A stretch of 64,000 nt of DNA from Eledone cirrhosa. Its lineage: Eukaryota. The notes beneath the pieces are model-generated. The model saw nothing but the letters and a program-made list of their open reading frames with translations. It was not told where the DNA came from and did no database searches. Position numbers and translations under genes: made by a program. The stretch is from positions 43,772,001 to 43,836,000 of the forward strand of contig OZ024745.1 of the NCBI GenBank assembly GCA_964016885.1. Reading direction: 5' to 3'. Of this stretch, positions 51,199 to 64,000 are shown one piece after another. Position 1 is the stretch's first letter. Every line of letters starts with the position of its first letter.

Positions 51199-51719
51199 GA
51201 GCCTTAATAACAGCTGCACAACACAAACCTTTAAAACTGTTCACTAATTCATAGATATAAGTAATTGCCAGCAATGCTACTACTGGCATTGCCTAAGATG
51301 ATTTTACATTGTATTTAGATCACTGATCCATAATAAATTTTCCAAAGAAACATCAAGTGTATCAAAGTCTATAATGTCTATGTATTGTAAGCACCATATA
51401 TTTACATACAAGTGCAGGCATGGTTGTATGATTATGAAGTTCACTTTGCAACTATGTTGTTTTGGTTTTGCACAGTAATTGAAGTAGGTGCTTTCTCCCA
51501 TACACTGGGATCAACTCCTTGTGATTGAGGATTTGAGAGATAGAAATCGTGCAGAAAATACATATTCCTGGTCTTGAGTAGCAGACGTACTCTATCAGCT
51601 GGTCCTGGGGAGCCTTTAGCACGTATTCATGGCAGACATTCAATCTGAGGATAACTTCCTTTCCACCAATCTATGAGGCCCGTTTAAGTGGCTGAGCCTT
51701 CCACTGACAATTATATGCT

Positions 51720-51862
51720 TGCTCTTTGAATTGCAGGTACTGTCCATCCAATGGACTTCCAAACAGTCTGTCTACCCAGTTTCACTCAATTGACATAAGT
51801 GGGATCGAACCAGGGACGTAATGACTGCGAAACAAATGTCTTAACCATTAGGCCATGCTGCG
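51720..51862 (-). mobile_element. tRNA-headed SINE with recognisable Pol III A and B boxes
   Basis: Minus strand GCATGGCCTAATGGTTAAG...TTTCGCA...GGTTCGATCCC; no acceptor stem closure, so not a tRNA. 3' limit uncertain. Confidence 0.7.
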
Positions 51863-53594
51863 TTCACATTAAAATTAGTAGTTTTAATGAAGCCACAATA
51901 TTTTTGTCCTTAAAATACAAATTATAATTTAAGAAGTACTAATTAGAAATCAGTTTAAGTAGATAAAATGTATTTCATGGTGTTTATTAAATTATAAGAA
52001 TTATCACAAGATTAGAAAATCTGGTCAAATGCCCACAGTATAAATTCTCACACTGAAAATGAATATTTCTGTAAGGAAGTCTAACCGGGTGTTATTTACC
52101 ATTAAAAAAAATCATTAAATTAATTGTTAAAGAACAGCAAATAATAATTCACACACTGCAGTATCCAATATATTTTTCAAATGAACATACAGCTTCATCC
52201 CTCAATTTCAATGTGCTTTAATTATCAAGGAGTGGGACTAACACTAAAGCCTTTCTGTTCTTACTAAAAGTTCGTAGGGAGGAAATCCTAAAATATAATT
52301 TTAAAATAACCAAAAAAGTTTTTAAAAACGTTAAAAGTTATGTCTGAATGTAAAAATTATTTTAATATATCCAAACATACTTTTAGATATGCCACAGCAT
52401 TGTGAAAAATCTGTCTATTTTGGGATAGCGAAATAAAAAGCATTCAGAGAGAGAATTCATATATTTAAAATATTCTATTTAATACAAACAATAAAGAGTA
52501 GAAAATGAATATACTCCACCCCCAAATTTTATATCTTCGCAAGACTATTGTTCGAAACCTATTTTTACATGTAAGGTTAACAGAACTGGCATGTATAGCC
52601 ATTAAAACAGAAGTTTTTAATAACAAAGAAACCAATTTTGGCCATAAATAGCAATTCTAATCATAAAGTAAACGAGTTGTCACTCGGTGAAAAAAAAAAA
52701 AAAAAGCATGGCGACAATAACAATAATTATATCAATGGTAGATGTTGACAACTTGCCATATGACAGCCAAAATATATTTTATTTTCTGAAACACTAATTT
52801 ACATATATTTAGAATAAAGGACGAGTGAATGGGTAATGGAAATGGTGAGTAAGAGTAAATACAGCGTGCGAATGAGAAACTTTCCGTAACCACTCCTCAT
52901 AGATGATGCATATCCAAGTCTACAATGACCAAGCTTATAAAGGTTGGTTGCTGACTTCCGGAGAGAGAAACACACACACACACACACACACACACTCACT
53001 CACTCACATACATAGACACACAGACAGACTGTGATAGTCTCGAATTTAAATATTTTCATTTTATTTTTATTTTATTTTATTTTCAAAGAAGCCTTCATAG
53101 CCATAATCAGTAGTTAGGCATATTTTTTTTAATTGCATTCCATTAAGAGACAGAGGGATCAAATGACAATTTATCAAATTTCTTTTGTGATGATGAGAGC
53201 AGTTAAACAACCGAAGAAAGACAGTATATAAAAACATGAAAAACGAGCATATAGAATTTCTAGCTAGTGATAGGATATTTTCGCAAAATAGTGTATTGCA
53301 GCAGACAAAGACTATAGAGAGAAAAAGTAAAACACGTGAACCAACATAGACAAAGCATTGAAGTAGCATGGAAGACTAGACATCAGCAGATATAGGGAGC
53401 AATGCAAGAATTAAGAGTGGCAATGTACAATTTAAAGGTGCTGAATAAAGTGCATGTCAACCAGAGTTTAAATAGGGACAAAGATAAACTGAGAAATCTC
53501 CCTACGATATATATATATATATATATGTGTATGTTTTTACTCTTTTACCTGTTCCAATGCCGCTGGATGAGGGCATGGTGGGGCACCACACATT

Positions 53595-64000
<10,406 letters not shown>

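Noticed and set aside
51790-51862. tRNA gene (also 6960 and 10560)
   Set aside because: A/B boxes present but no closed cloverleaf, and the sequence continues into a SINE body.

Overview
Eukaryotic, AT-rich, CpG-depleted, repeat-dense DNA. The SINE repertoire resembles that of coleoid cephalopods (Octopus-like); this is an inference. The window lies inside a very large minus-strand gene for a non-muscle myosin II heavy chain (zipper/MYH9-10-like). I can support only two of its exons: a 157-nt exon (19037-18881) and a 28-nt microexon (4876-4849) missed by the ORF track. They splice in frame across a 14,004-nt intron to give [14 protein letters not shown]...AYRSMLQ-DREDQSILCT, just before the P-loop. 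The rest is intron filled with tRNA-derived SINEs, LINE remnants (RTE, CR1/L2, Jockey/I-like, CRE-like, R4/Dong-like), mariner, hAT and Tc2-like elements, TTAA-flanked MITEs and tandem repeats. The last 10.4 kb is an alternating purine-pyrimidine compound microsatellite whose giant ORFs are artefacts. I found no clear novel multi-gene system. The best leads are the microexon and its splicing signals, a 24-bp perfect inverted repeat in apparently unique intron sequence, a nested transposon stack, a modular RTE-tailed SINE-like family, a CpG-retaining island and the domain structure of the satellite.
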